DNA from: Minisyncoccota bacterium
GTDB taxonomy: Bacteria; Patescibacteriota; Minisyncoccia; Phycocordibacterales; GWA1-40-21
DNA length: 64,000 bases
Assembly (NCBI GenBank): GCA_041664585.1
Contig: JBAYKL010000001.1
Location: 4,592-68,591, forward strand
Direction: 5' to 3'
Part shown: positions 37,801-47,342 of the stretch, piece by piece
How the letters are laid out: each line of letters begins with the position of its first letter
How positions within the stretch are numbered: position 1 is the first letter of the stretch
Translations under genes and position numbers: made by a program
The notes under the pieces: generated by a model
The model's input: only the letters and a program-made list of their open reading frames with translations
The model's database searches: none
What the model was told of the DNA's origin: nothing

Positions 37801-38291
37801 TCAATCAAAAAGATATCGTTGAGTTTAATTTTAGAGATCAGGGAGTTGTGGTAGATGGTGCGGAATTAAATGGAAAGATAGATAGGATTGTGATATTGGA
37901 GGACGGAGAGCTTGAGGTTCATGATTATAAGACCGGTAAGCCTTTAGAAGATTGGGAAGATAATACTGATTCGTACAAAAAGACAAAATCATATGAATAC
38001 GAAAGACAACTTACTTTCTATAAATTACTTGTAGAAAATTCCAGGGAATTTGGTGGAAAGAAAAAAGTAACAAAAGGGGTTTTAGATTTTGTTGAACCAA
38101 AAAGAGAGAGTGGTCAGATAATCACACTTGATATGATTATTACAGAAGAAAAAACAGAGAGGCTTAGAAATCTGGTAAGAGTAGTATATAAGAAGATTAA
38201 AGATTTAGATTTCCCAGATATTAGTAAATATTCTAAAGATTTAAATGGTATAAAAGATTTTGAGGAAGATTTGTTGGCTGGGAAGATATAA
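34899..38291 (+). CDS. UvrD/PcrA-family helicase fused to a C-terminal RecB-like PD-(D/E)xK nuclease domain (AddA-like)
   Basis: Walker A motif AGPGSGKTE and UvrD helicase motifs. The C-terminus has GKIDRIVILEDGELEVHDYKTGK, which matches nuclease motif III. Confidence 0.8.
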   Translation: MNFEQRYKELNKQQKQAVDTIDGPLLVVAGPGSGKTEILSLRVGKILQESQILASNILCLTFTEAASLNMRNRLAKLIGQEGYRVAIHTFHNFCVEIIQKYPEYFYSGAYFSPANELTQIQILQEIFEKLPHKNPLSSVHPEQGFVYLKDSLYLIGNLKKAGIEPDEFKKILNHNKKLITEINEIIQNIFTDKISKETITKAFTGLEKLKKLSDKSIKDFPKMLFKNLAESTYESLKKATEEADELSKTNSLTAWKGDFLKKDDENNNILKDTVYTEKLLAFAEIYENHRKSMLEKGYYDFDDMILDCKTALQQNPALRYEIQEQYQYILVDEFQDTNGAQMELLQLITDAPVNEGKPNIMAVGDDDQAVYKFQGAELSNILNFQKIFKDVKVVTMTQNYRSTQDILDIAREMIIKGEERLENLFPEIEKNLVASNPNIKKGDIKHKEFATNAYEYHFIAKEIRKRIDNGENPEEIAVIARKHFQLEEIVAYLKGEKIDVRYEREQNVFKEPHIAQIITISKFLTSLTNKHKDEADEYLPEILSFPFWNLKREDVWKISLSARRGENEKNWIEVMLESENHKIKDVANFLIELGVRSENEPLEKILDSIVGSHISLSEESEDADLENLPQIDGNFISPFKGFYFSKEKFEHSKAEYLSFLSSLRVFVNALREYKSGEVLSIKDLVEFVELHEKNEIPLNDQSPFSRLKGAVNLMTAHGAKGLEFETVFVLSCQDDIWAGRGNSSKLVSPSNLPIGPSGDTEDDKLRLFYVAITRAKRHLYLTSYQTKENGKEAKKLRFLVSEKDAESHEKQALKTLYIPEQASKDEDAPEPHEVLTASWLDYRTTPFIGTEKKILETLVEEYKMPVTHLNNFLNIEKGGPQYFLEQNLLRFPQSKTASGSYGTAIHRTLEKFILSFKKEGKLSPKKEVLEWFIIFLKKERLAPEDFKQYSERGLEALEAFLDKKQETFNQKDIVEFNFRDQGVVVDGAELNGKIDRIVILEDGELEVHDYKTGKPLEDWEDNTDSYKKTKSYEYERQLTFYKLLVENSREFGGKKKVTKGVLDFVEPKRESGQIITLDMIITEEKTERLRNLVRVVYKKIKDLDFPDISKYSKDLNGIKDFEEDLLAGKI

Positions 38292-38292
38292 T

Positions 38293-38327
38293 AAAAAAAC
38301 CACTCACATAATTTGAGTGGTTTTTTT
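38293..38327. terminator. bidirectional terminator
   Basis: Hairpin ccactcacataatttgagtgg with a flanking A-run and T-run. Confidence 0.85.
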
Positions 38328-38334
38328 ATATTGA

Positions 38335-39153
38335 TTACTTTTTCAACAATATATCTATAACTGTTTTCATTGCCTCTACTGGTAACGCACCATTTGTTGT
38401 AACTCTTTTTTTATCACTACTTACATTTATAAGTGGTTTACCATCTCTATCAACAATATTATTACTTATAACGAAATCATTTATTTCTTTTACTGTATTG
38501 TCTTTGATAGCTGAGGTTAAAATCATTACAGTATATGGAGTTCCATTTACACCTATTCTTAGACCATCTTTTTGTTGGTCAGTAACAATGGAAGTCATTT
38601 TGCCACTAGAAAGACAGGTATTAAATTTCGTAACATCAAGACCTACATTTTTTGCAAATACTGGGAGTTTAGTAGCATCAAGAGAATCATTTCCTTCTGT
38701 CTCTGAATATATCATATCTAACATTGCCCAAAAAGATTTATTTCCACCAATTTCAGCCGCACATTCTGTCGCTTCGGCTTCTTTTATTGCTTTTTTATGA
38801 AAAGTTAGTGGAAAATGTCTGTATACCCAAGCTACTTTACCATCTTTACCATATGTATCTATCAAGCTATGCATAGTTACATGGAATCTCTTACAGAAGG
38901 GACATTCAGTATCTGAATATTCAACAATCTTTATTTCTGCATTTGGATTACCAAGAATGTGTTCGTCTGCACTTATTGCTTTTGGTGCAGCACCTGTAGC
39001 AGGAGCTGTTTTTGCTGGAGTGTTTGCTTTGTTGTTCGCAACTGCGCCGCCATTATCTTTGTTGGTAAAATAAATTGCTCCCGCAATTACGAAACCAGCC
39101 AATAGGATGGCTCCGGGGACATAGTATACACTTTGTTCTTGTTTATTAGACAT
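38335..39153 (-). CDS. DsbA-like thiol:disulfide oxidoreductase, membrane anchored
   Basis: N-terminal TM segment and a thioredoxin fold with a CPFC active site. Confidence 0.75.
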   Translation of the reverse strand: MSNKQEQSVYYVPGAILLAGFVIAGAIYFTNKDNGGAVANNKANTPAKTAPATGAAPKAISADEHILGNPNAEIKIVEYSDTECPFCKRFHVTMHSLIDTYGKDGKVAWVYRHFPLTFHKKAIKEAEATECAAEIGGNKSFWAMLDMIYSETEGNDSLDATKLPVFAKNVGLDVTKFNTCLSSGKMTSIVTDQQKDGLRIGVNGTPYTVMILTSAIKDNTVKEINDFVISNNIVDRDGKPLINVSSDKKRVTTNGALPVEAMKTVIDILLKK

Positions 39154-39215
39154 TTGTTATTTTAATTAAACTATTAATGTGGGATAATTATATCATAATA
39201 ATTTAAAACACAAGT

Positions 39216-40019
39216 ATGCATATTTTTGATTCAATCATTTTAGGAATAGTCCAAGGTCTAACAGAATTTTTACCAATATCTTCTTCTGGACATTTGATAA
39301 TTGCTAGAGATATTTTAGGTTGGAATAGTTCAAATAGTCTCTCTTTTGATGCCGTACTTCAATTGGCTACAGCTCTAGCTTTAGTTGTTTATTTCTGGAA
39401 AGATATACTTAGACTTATAAAAACATTCTTTGCTTTAGTTTTCAGAAAGACAGTAGAACACAAAGATACAGTTTTAATTTTTGCAATTATTATCGGTACT
39501 ATCCCAGCACTTATACTAGGATTACTCTTAGAAAAATACATGGAAACTATTTTCCGAAGTGCAGGGCTTGTTGCTTTGATTTTGATTATCGGAAGTATTG
39601 TAATGTATTTTGCAGAAAAACTAGCGAAACAAAATAATAATTTAAATATTAAAAAAGGATTTTGGATTGGGTGTTTCCAGTGTCTTGCACTGGTCCCTGG
39701 TTTTTCTCGTTCTGGTGCAACTATTTCTGGAGGATTATTTTTAGGATTAAATAGAGAAGATGCTGCTAGATTCAGCTTCTTACTCTCAATACCTATAATA
39801 TTAGGATCAGGACTAAAGAAATTATTGGATTTGTTCCAATCTGGCTTTGTTTTGGATTCTGGTATAAGTTTACTGGTTGCTTCCGTCACGGCTTTTGTAG
39901 TCGGTATTTTGGCTATAGGCTTTTTGATGAAATATCTAAAAAAACATTCTCTCAATATATTCATCTGGTATAGGGTTATACTGGCCATCTTTGTTTTAGC
40001 CTTTATATACTTAGTCTAA
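39216..40019 (+). CDS. uppP: undecaprenyl-diphosphatase
   Basis: GLTEFLPISSSGHL motif and 8 TM segments. Confidence 0.85.
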   Translation: MHIFDSIILGIVQGLTEFLPISSSGHLIIARDILGWNSSNSLSFDAVLQLATALALVVYFWKDILRLIKTFFALVFRKTVEHKDTVLIFAIIIGTIPALILGLLLEKYMETIFRSAGLVALILIIGSIVMYFAEKLAKQNNNLNIKKGFWIGCFQCLALVPGFSRSGATISGGLFLGLNREDAARFSFLLSIPIILGSGLKKLLDLFQSGFVLDSGISLLVASVTAFVVGILAIGFLMKYLKKHSLNIFIWYRVILAIFVLAFIYLV

Positions 40020-40063
40020 AAAAGACTTGCGAAAAATCTTGTTTTCGTGTAATATATTGGCTT

Positions 40064-40381
40064 ATGGAATTCGCAGTAATAAAAACAGGAGGAAAACAAT
40101 ACAAAGTTTCAAAAGGTGACACCCTAAAGGTGGAAAAGCTTATTGGAACATATAAGGAAGGCGATAAAATCGTTTTTGATAAAGTATTACTTGTCGACAA
40201 CGGCAAAGATACAACTATCGGAATGCCTTTCATAGATGGTGCCTCAGTTGAAGCTACTCTAGTAAAATCAGCTAAAAGACCTACAGTTACAGTCATCCAC
40301 TACAAACAAAAGAGCAGATACTTCAAGAAAAATGGTCACAGACAGCCTTACTTCGAAGTCAAAATAGATTCAATTAAATAA
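40064..40381 (+). CDS. rplU: 50S ribosomal protein L21
   Basis: The FAVIKTGGKQYKV motif is typical of L21. Confidence 0.85.
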   Translation: MEFAVIKTGGKQYKVSKGDTLKVEKLIGTYKEGDKIVFDKVLLVDNGKDTTIGMPFIDGASVEATLVKSAKRPTVTVIHYKQKSRYFKKNGHRQPYFEVKIDSIK

Positions 40382-40387
40382 TTTTAA

Positions 40388-40425
40388 AGTCCCCGAGAAT
40401 AAACATCTCGGGGACTTTTCTTTTA
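40388..40425 (+). terminator. rho-independent terminator after rplU
   Basis: Hairpin agtccccgagaataaacatctcggggact followed by a T-run. Confidence 0.85.
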
Positions 40426-40469
40426 TGTGATATGATTAGTTTAATTATTAAAATTAATAGAAAAAACAA

Positions 40470-42131
40470 ATGAAGAAAAGAGCCCATAAGTATATCTTTG
40501 TAATCGGAGGTGTTATGTCAGGAGTCGGTAAAGGTATCACTACTTCGTCTATTGGGGCCCTTCTTCAAGCAAAAGGTTTTGGTGTAAATCTATTAAAAGT
40601 TGATCCATATTTAAATGTAGACGCGGGAACAATGAATCCTACTGAACACGGAGAAGTTTTTGTATTAAATTCTGGACTTGAGACAGATCAAGATATGGGA
40701 AATTATGAAAGATTTTTAAATCGCGATCTTACAGGAGACGACTATATTACTTCTGGTATGGTTTACAAACATGTTATAGAAGCAGAAAGAGCCCTTAAGT
40801 ACGGTGGTCATTGTGTTGAAGCTATTCCACATATAAGAGATGAAATAATTCATAGATTTGAAAAGTCAGCGAAAGTAAATAAATCAGATATTACGGTTGT
40901 AGAAATCGGTGGAACAATTGGCGACTATCAAAACATTATGTTTATAGAAGCTGCTCGTGTAATGAAGGTAAGGTATCCAAATGATGTTGCTTTTGTGATG
41001 GTCAGCTTTATGCCTATACCTCATACTCTTGGTGAGATGAAATCCAAGCCAACTCAAAATGCTTTGAGACAACTTAATTCATACGGAGTAAATGCAGATA
41101 TTATCATCGCAAGAAGCGAAACTCCTATGGATCACAAGAGAAAAGAAAAGATTGCTGTATCTTGTAGTTTACCAGTAGAAAATATTATATCTGCACCGGA
41201 CATAGAAAGTGTTTTTGACGTTCCAATAAATTTTGAGAAGGATAATATAAGCAAAATACTTTTGAAGCTTCTACACTTGAGAGAAAAGAAAAATACACCA
41301 GGTATAGGAGAATGGATTAAGTTTGCTAATAGTGTAAAGAATACAAAAGATACAGTAGACATAGCCATTGTCGGAAAGTATTTCAATACCGGAGACTTTG
41401 TTCTTACAGATGCATATGTTTCTGTGCTTGAAGCTATAAAATACTCTGCATATAAGCTAGGTAGAAAAGCAAAAATACATACTGTAAATTCTAGAGACTT
41501 TGAGAAGGCTGATTTGAAGGCTTCTGATTTTAAAACATTAGACAAATATGATGGAATCATTGTCCCTGGAGGTTTTGGAGAATCTGGGATAGAAGGGAAG
41601 CTTGCTGTTATAAAATATGCTAGAGAAAAAAAGATTCCTTATTTTGGACTTTGTTATGGTATGCAACTTATGGTCATAGAATATGCAAGAAATGTTCTTG
41701 GACTTAAAGATGCAAACACCGCTGAAATAAATATAAATTCAAATTCTCTTGTTATAGACATAATGCCTGATCAAAAGAAAAAGCTTGAAGAATTAAATTA
41801 TGGTGGAAGTATGAGGCTCGGTTCATATAACGCGCATATTGAAAAAGGTACAGTAGCTTATGAAGCTTACAAACAAGAAATAGTTCAAGAAAGACATAGA
41901 CATAGATATGAAGTAAATCCTGAATTTATAAAAAAGATTACAGATGCGGGACTAGTATTTTCTGGTAAATCTCCAAATGGTGTTCTTATGGAAATAGCAG
42001 AATTACCTAAAAAGGTTCACCCGTTTTTCTTGGGTACACAATTCCATCCAGAATTTTTGGCTAGACCACTTGCTCCACATCCACTTTTTACGGAGTTTAT
42101 AAGGGAGGCGATAAAGAGAAGGAATAAATAG
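40470..42131 (+). CDS. pyrG: CTP synthase
   Basis: 553 aa with an N-terminal synthetase domain and a GATase domain containing GLCYGMQ. Confidence 0.95.
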   Translation: MKKRAHKYIFVIGGVMSGVGKGITTSSIGALLQAKGFGVNLLKVDPYLNVDAGTMNPTEHGEVFVLNSGLETDQDMGNYERFLNRDLTGDDYITSGMVYKHVIEAERALKYGGHCVEAIPHIRDEIIHRFEKSAKVNKSDITVVEIGGTIGDYQNIMFIEAARVMKVRYPNDVAFVMVSFMPIPHTLGEMKSKPTQNALRQLNSYGVNADIIIARSETPMDHKRKEKIAVSCSLPVENIISAPDIESVFDVPINFEKDNISKILLKLLHLREKKNTPGIGEWIKFANSVKNTKDTVDIAIVGKYFNTGDFVLTDAYVSVLEAIKYSAYKLGRKAKIHTVNSRDFEKADLKASDFKTLDKYDGIIVPGGFGESGIEGKLAVIKYAREKKIPYFGLCYGMQLMVIEYARNVLGLKDANTAEININSNSLVIDIMPDQKKKLEELNYGGSMRLGSYNAHIEKGTVAYEAYKQEIVQERHRHRYEVNPEFIKKITDAGLVFSGKSPNGVLMEIAELPKKVHPFFLGTQFHPEFLARPLAPHPLFTEFIREAIKRRNK

Positions 42132-42136
42132 AAAAT

Positions 42137-42748
42137 ATGATTTTAGATTATATAGATAATATTATTATAGATGTTAAATCACCCCCTGTAGATAACTTAC
42201 ATGCAATAAAATATTTACAGGATGGAATAATTTTTTTAGCAAATTATACTAAGCAATTAGAAGATTCTGTTATGGCTAAAAAACTAAATCCGGAATTTTA
42301 CAAAGATTTTTCTGGTGCAGAAAGTAATTTATTAGCTAACATATATAACTGGTTCGCTGTTTCAATAATTAGTTATTTACGTTCAATTGCGACTCTAGAT
42401 TACATGGGTAAAAATAATGTTAGCATAAATAATCTAAGTAATTTTAAAGGGGAATTAAAAGAATATACTTGTGAATATATTAAAAAAGTTGTACCAGAAA
42501 TATATGAATGGAGAAATAAAGTCGGTGGACATTTTGCTATAACAGATCCTAAAGACGACAGCCCTTCAACCTTAGAAGCTAGTTTTTTTAATAATATCTC
42601 TTTTGAAAAAGGGCGTTCTTATGCCGGGTCATTAAAATGGGGAGAATCTAAATTACCGAAGTGGTCTCTTGTTAAAGAGTTTGAAGAAAAACTAGTCCCA
42701 AGATATTGGCCAAACATTACTTGTGGTGACGATGGTGACAAAAAATAA
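42137..42748 (+). CDS. hypothetical protein with a possible HEPN-like Rx4-6H motif
   Basis: 203 aa with an RNKVGGH motif. No signal peptide. Tightly linked downstream of pyrG. Confidence 0.4.
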   Translation: MILDYIDNIIIDVKSPPVDNLHAIKYLQDGIIFLANYTKQLEDSVMAKKLNPEFYKDFSGAESNLLANIYNWFAVSIISYLRSIATLDYMGKNNVSINNLSNFKGELKEYTCEYIKKVVPEIYEWRNKVGGHFAITDPKDDSPSTLEASFFNNISFEKGRSYAGSLKWGESKLPKWSLVKEFEEKLVPRYWPNITCGDDGDKK

Positions 42749-42749
42749 T

Positions 42750-43370
42750 TTATCTCCTATTCCTCAACGCATTTTTAATAGTCTCTGGATCAGAATATTC
42801 CAATTCTGCACCAGTAGAAAGTCCGCGTCCTAGCTCATCTACTTTAATATTATATTTTTCTGTAAGAGGGGAAAGAGCTTTTTTCAAATATTCTGCTGTA
42901 TATTCTCCTTCTGAATTAGCATCAAGGCCAAGTATTATTTCCTTAAGACCTTTCTCTGCGTTTCTACTTACAAAAGAGATTAATTCTTTAAGCCTAATTT
43001 TCGTCTCTGGGCTTTTGTCTAATATTGGTATTAAGCCGCCCAAAACAAAATATCTACCATCAAATGAATGGCTTTTTTCTATATTTTCCAAATCAACATC
43101 TTGGCCGACGATCATAAGCTGAGATATATCTCTATGAGAATCAGAGCAAATATTACAAATATTATTTGTACCGTTTTCGTGTTTAGCGAAATATCTTTTA
43201 CACTCCTGACACATTTCTATTTCACTTCTTAATTCAGAAATTTCTTTTTTAAATTCTTCTATATATCCAGAATGTCTGGTAATGAGAAAATATACAAACC
43301 TTCTGGCTTGTTTGGGACCAATACCAGGGAAGTCTGAAAATATTTTTATTAATCTATCAATTGAGTTCAT
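42750..43370 (-). CDS. recR: recombination protein RecR
   Basis: C4 zinc finger (CQECKRYF...CNICSD) and a Toprim domain. Confidence 0.85.
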   Translation of the reverse strand: MNSIDRLIKIFSDFPGIGPKQARRFVYFLITRHSGYIEEFKKEISELRSEIEMCQECKRYFAKHENGTNNICNICSDSHRDISQLMIVGQDVDLENIEKSHSFDGRYFVLGGLIPILDKSPETKIRLKELISFVSRNAEKGLKEIILGLDANSEGEYTAEYLKKALSPLTEKYNIKVDELGRGLSTGAELEYSDPETIKNALRNRR

Positions 43371-43375
43371 AAATT

Positions 43376-44752
43376 TTAGAATCCTCCATCTCCATTAAAT
43401 TCCCCAAAATCATTTTTGTCCATAGAAAGGAAAGAAGATTTGTCTGCGTCGAAGTATAGTTCTACTTTACCAGTAGGTCCGTTTCTGTGCTTTTCAATCA
43501 TTATTTCAGTGATTTGTTTCTTACCTGCGCCATCGTCATTTTGTTCTCTGTGGATGAACATAACAACATCGGCATCCTGCTCAATAGAACCAGAATCTCT
43601 AAGGTCAGAAAGTCTTGGTTTACCTCCTCTTTGTTCCACCGCACGAGAAAGCTGTGAAAGAGCAATGACAGGAATATCAAATTCTTTTGCTAATTGTTTG
43701 AGAGATCTGGAAATTTCAGTGATTTGTTGCACTATGTTGTCATTATTCTTGCTTTGTACTGGAGTCATAAGCTGTAAGTAGTCGATGACAACAAGTCCAA
43801 GCTTCTTTTCATGTTTTAATCTTCTTACAACAGAACGAATCTTAAGAATATTATTTGCTGCTTGATCATCTATGAAAATTGGAGCTTTTGAAAGTGGCTC
43901 AAGACAAGAGCGAATTTTTTCAAATTCTGTATCAAGAGTAAGCTTACCCGTCCTTAATTTCCATGCATCAACTTTTGATTCAGCAGAGAGCATTCTGTCT
44001 ACGAGTTGTTGGGTGCTCATTTCAAGAGAGAAGATAGCTGTAGGAATATTGTGTCTTATGGCAGCGTTTCTTACAAAGTCTAATGCAAGGGAAGTCTTAC
44101 CAACAGATGGTCTAGCTGCGAGAATAATAAGGTCTGAGTTTTGAAAACCAGAAAGTTTATTATCAAGATCTTTGAAACCAGAAGGTACCCCACGAATTTC
44201 TCCTTGAGTTTTGTGTAGTCTATCAAGTCTATCCATTGCTTCTCCAAGAACATCTTTCATCTCTACAAATTTTCCTGAAAGATTTGTACTTGTGACCTCG
44301 TACATCTTCTTCTCTGCTTTGTCTAGAAGTTCTGGAAGTTCATGGGTCTCATCATATCCGAGACCAGCGATATGCTCAGCCGCCTCTATCAAGCGTCTCA
44401 TCGTATGCTTTTTGTTTACTATATCTCCATAGTGTTCAGCGTTTGAAGAAGAAGGTACAGAATTTGCAAGTTCTGTAAGATATGACATTCCACCAATTCT
44501 ATCTAGTTCATTTCTTTCTTTTAGGAAAGAGGAAATTGTAAGTAAATCAATCGGCTCTCTACGGTTATAAAGTTCTGCCATCGCAGAAAAAATAGTTTTG
44601 TGCTTTTCTACATAGAAAGCTTCCTGACGAATCATATCCATTATTTCAGGAAGTGCTTCAGGACGAAGCATAATAGAACCGATAAGGGCTCTTTCAGAAT
44701 CAATATTCTGAGGTGGGATTCTTATATTCATCTTTTTATAATCTCCGGACAT
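43376..44752 (-). CDS. dnaB: replicative DNA helicase
   Basis: N-terminal DnaB domain, Walker A motif ARPSVGKTS and RecA-like motifs. No intein. Confidence 0.9.
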   Translation of the reverse strand: MSGDYKKMNIRIPPQNIDSERALIGSIMLRPEALPEIMDMIRQEAFYVEKHKTIFSAMAELYNRREPIDLLTISSFLKERNELDRIGGMSYLTELANSVPSSSNAEHYGDIVNKKHTMRRLIEAAEHIAGLGYDETHELPELLDKAEKKMYEVTSTNLSGKFVEMKDVLGEAMDRLDRLHKTQGEIRGVPSGFKDLDNKLSGFQNSDLIILAARPSVGKTSLALDFVRNAAIRHNIPTAIFSLEMSTQQLVDRMLSAESKVDAWKLRTGKLTLDTEFEKIRSCLEPLSKAPIFIDDQAANNILKIRSVVRRLKHEKKLGLVVIDYLQLMTPVQSKNNDNIVQQITEISRSLKQLAKEFDIPVIALSQLSRAVEQRGGKPRLSDLRDSGSIEQDADVVMFIHREQNDDGAGKKQITEIMIEKHRNGPTGKVELYFDADKSSFLSMDKNDFGEFNGDGGF

Positions 44753-44835
44753 AAAGGCATTTTATCATTAAAATTTATAAAGCCGCAATAGATAAAAAGC
44801 GTATAAAATGTGAGTAATTTGTGGAGAAGTGAAAA

Positions 44836-44858
44836 GGGCGTTCGCAAAGCGAACGCCC
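44836..44858 (-). terminator. terminator downstream of cysS
   Basis: Hairpin gggcgttcgcaaagcgaacgccc. The minus strand then reads TTTTC. Confidence 0.75.
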
Positions 44859-44864
44859 CCATTC

Positions 44865-46301
44865 TTATATTTTCTTAATTTCTATCCCTTCCGCCGTATC
44901 CTTTACTTCATATCCCAATTCCTTTATTTTATCTCTCAATTCATCAGATTTTGCCCAGTCTTTGCCTTTTCTAGCTTGAGTTCTCTCGTCTACGAGTCTC
45001 TGTACTTCATCTGGTATTTTATCTGCTTTTGTTTCTTTTGTATTATTTTTAAACTCCAGACCTAACACCTCATCAAAATCATACACAGTAGCCAATTTAT
45101 CTTCTTTAGAAATTTCAGACTTCAACATTTCATTTAATACAGCAAGAGCTTGAGACATATTGAGATCGTCATTTATTGCTAACATAAATCTATCTCTCCA
45201 TTCTGTATTTACCTTACCAACTTTAGTTCCAAGATTTGAAATTTTTGAATATAAATTATCTAAGCCTTGTTTGGCAGAGGCGATATTTTCACCCCATTCC
45301 ATTGGCTTTCTGTAATGTGTAGAGAAGGTTGCAAAACGATATACGAGTGGGGAAGAGCCTTTTTCTATAAAGGTATTATTTAGAGTAATTTTGTCACCAG
45401 AACTCTTTGCCATCTTTTTACCATCGCTCATATTAAGAAAGCCTCCGTGAATCCAGAAATTAACCCATGGTTTTTTATCTGTCGCAGCTTCAGTTTGTGC
45501 TATTTCATTTGTATGATGAAGACTTATAGCGTCAGTAGCTCCACAATGTATATCAAATTGTTCACCCAAGTATTTCACACTCATAGCAGAACATTCTATG
45601 TGCCAACCAGGGAAGCCAACACCCCAAGGGCTTTGCCATTCCATTTGTCTTTTTTCTTCTGGTTTTGAGAATTTCCAAAGCGCGAAATCAGTAGGATTTC
45701 TTTTCTCATCATTTATTTCTACACGAGCACCTTCTCTAAGAGCTTCAAGATTTTGACCAGAGAGTTTTGTGTAGTCAGATACTTTTGATGTATCGAAATA
45801 TATTCCGTCTGTTGTTTTGTAGGTAAAACCTTTTTTTTCTAAGGTTTGTATCATTTCGATCTGCTCTTTTATGTTGTCAGTTGCCTTACAAAAAGTATTT
45901 GGGAAAATAATATTAAGATTTTTGATATCTTCCTTAAAGATTTTTGTGTAGAAATCAGCAATTTCCCAAGCGGTTTTACCTGTTTTTTGTGCCTCTCTTT
46001 CTACCTTATCCTCACCCATATCTCTATCATTTGTAAGGTGTCCGACATCAGTAATATTCATTATATGATTTACTTTGTATCCGTTTTTCTGTAATACACG
46101 CTTAAGAACATCTTCAAAAACATATGTTCGAAGATTGCCTAAGTGTGGATACCCGTATACAGTAGGTCCACAAGTGTACATTCCTACATAACCTTTTTTA
46201 ATACTTCTAAATTCTTCTTTTGTTCTTGAGAGGGTGTTGTAGAGAAATATTGTTTTGTTTTCTGTTTTTTTAAAAAGTTTTGAGAACATATTTATAGCCA
46301 T
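44865..46301 (-). CDS. cysS: cysteinyl-tRNA synthetase
   Basis: HLGN (HIGH-class) motif, Zn-binding Cys residues, and KMAKSSGD (KMSKS motif). Confidence 0.9.
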   Translation of the reverse strand: MAINMFSKLFKKTENKTIFLYNTLSRTKEEFRSIKKGYVGMYTCGPTVYGYPHLGNLRTYVFEDVLKRVLQKNGYKVNHIMNITDVGHLTNDRDMGEDKVEREAQKTGKTAWEIADFYTKIFKEDIKNLNIIFPNTFCKATDNIKEQIEMIQTLEKKGFTYKTTDGIYFDTSKVSDYTKLSGQNLEALREGARVEINDEKRNPTDFALWKFSKPEEKRQMEWQSPWGVGFPGWHIECSAMSVKYLGEQFDIHCGATDAISLHHTNEIAQTEAATDKKPWVNFWIHGGFLNMSDGKKMAKSSGDKITLNNTFIEKGSSPLVYRFATFSTHYRKPMEWGENIASAKQGLDNLYSKISNLGTKVGKVNTEWRDRFMLAINDDLNMSQALAVLNEMLKSEISKEDKLATVYDFDEVLGLEFKNNTKETKADKIPDEVQRLVDERTQARKGKDWAKSDELRDKIKELGYEVKDTAEGIEIKKI

Positions 46302-47209
46302 TTTTTAATCTTTGCAAAAATAAATAACGCGATCATCGCACACAATTCAACGGAAACAATTATGCCCCAGTCATTATTTGAACCAATAAGCGGTGTACCA
46401 GATGTATTCATTTGGAATAGACCCGTGATGATAGTAAAAGGAAGAGCAAGAAAAGCGATGATAGTAAGAGTCTTCATGATCTCGTTCTGTTTAGTGTTTA
46501 ATAGGGAGTCGTTTGTGCCACGAATTTCTTTCAAGAATTCCGTGCTTTGTGTTAGAAGATCTTGAATTCTATAATATTCGTTTAAAATTTTATCGCAATT
46601 TTCTTTGAAATTAGCATCGAATATCTTTTCTCCAGCTTCTGCTAGGCTTTCTAAGATTTGTTGATGAGTTTTTGTTGTGTGATTCAAGTGTAAAAGATCT
46701 TTGTTTATTTTTGAAATAGAAAAGACCATTTCTTTTTCTTTTCCTTCAAAAACCTTTCCTTTGATATCTTTAATAGCATCATTAATTGCATCCACTTCGT
46801 CACCGATGTTTTTATATAATTCTTTTATTATGTAATACAAAACATATCCAGCATGGTCTTCCATCAAATGCTTATCCAAAATAGTGTTAACCTCAAAGAG
46901 TTTTTCAAATCTTTCTAATGCATCAATATTTTCATATCTTGTAGTGATTATAAATTCTTTCCCTACAACAAAATCTATTTCCTGATCAATATCATCCTTG
47001 GCACTTGAATGATTTAAGGCAGGGAAGTGCATTACTAAGTATAGATAATTTGGTTGTGCAACGATCTTTTCTTTATATGTAGGTAGGTGTAAATCTCTTA
47101 CAACAGATGGATCTAAAGAATATTCTTGCATCAAACCCTGTAGCTCTTCTCTCTGTGGGGTTTCTGCATCTATCCAAGTAATTGTTTTGTTTGTGTATCT
47201 TTTAATCAT
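46292..47209 (-). CDS. corA: CorA-family divalent cation transporter
   Basis: Cytoplasmic N-terminal domain, two C-terminal TM segments and a GMN-like FQMN motif. It overlaps the cysS start by 10 nt. Confidence 0.7.
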   Translation of the reverse strand: MIKRYTNKTITWIDAETPQREELQGLMQEYSLDPSVVRDLHLPTYKEKIVAQPNYLYLVMHFPALNHSSAKDDIDQEIDFVVGKEFIITTRYENIDALERFEKLFEVNTILDKHLMEDHAGYVLYYIIKELYKNIGDEVDAINDAIKDIKGKVFEGKEKEMVFSISKINKDLLHLNHTTKTHQQILESLAEAGEKIFDANFKENCDKILNEYYRIQDLLTQSTEFLKEIRGTNDSLLNTKQNEIMKTLTIIAFLALPFTIITGLFQMNTSGTPLIGSNNDWGIIVSVELCAMIALFIFAKIKKWL

Positions 47210-47296
47210 TTTAAAGACGTATTAATTTAATATTACTAAAATTATACCTTTTTAGTGAGATGATAACAAGGAATACTTCTACCCTAGTAAAATAGT

Positions 47297-47326
47297 TTGA
47301 CAATAAATATTGCACTGTGTTATAAT
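47297..47326 (+). promoter_or_regulatory. near-consensus sigma-70 promoter TTGACA-N18-TGnTATAAT
   Basis: The -35 box TTGACA is at 47297-47302 and an extended -10 box TGTTATAAT at 47318-47326. An AAGGAGGTG SD follows. Confidence 0.65.
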
Positions 47327-47342
47327 ATAAAAGGAGGTGGAA

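Noticed and set aside
39389-39988. 199-aa ORF antisense to uppP
   Set aside because: uppP has diagnostic motifs. The antisense frame has no start signals.
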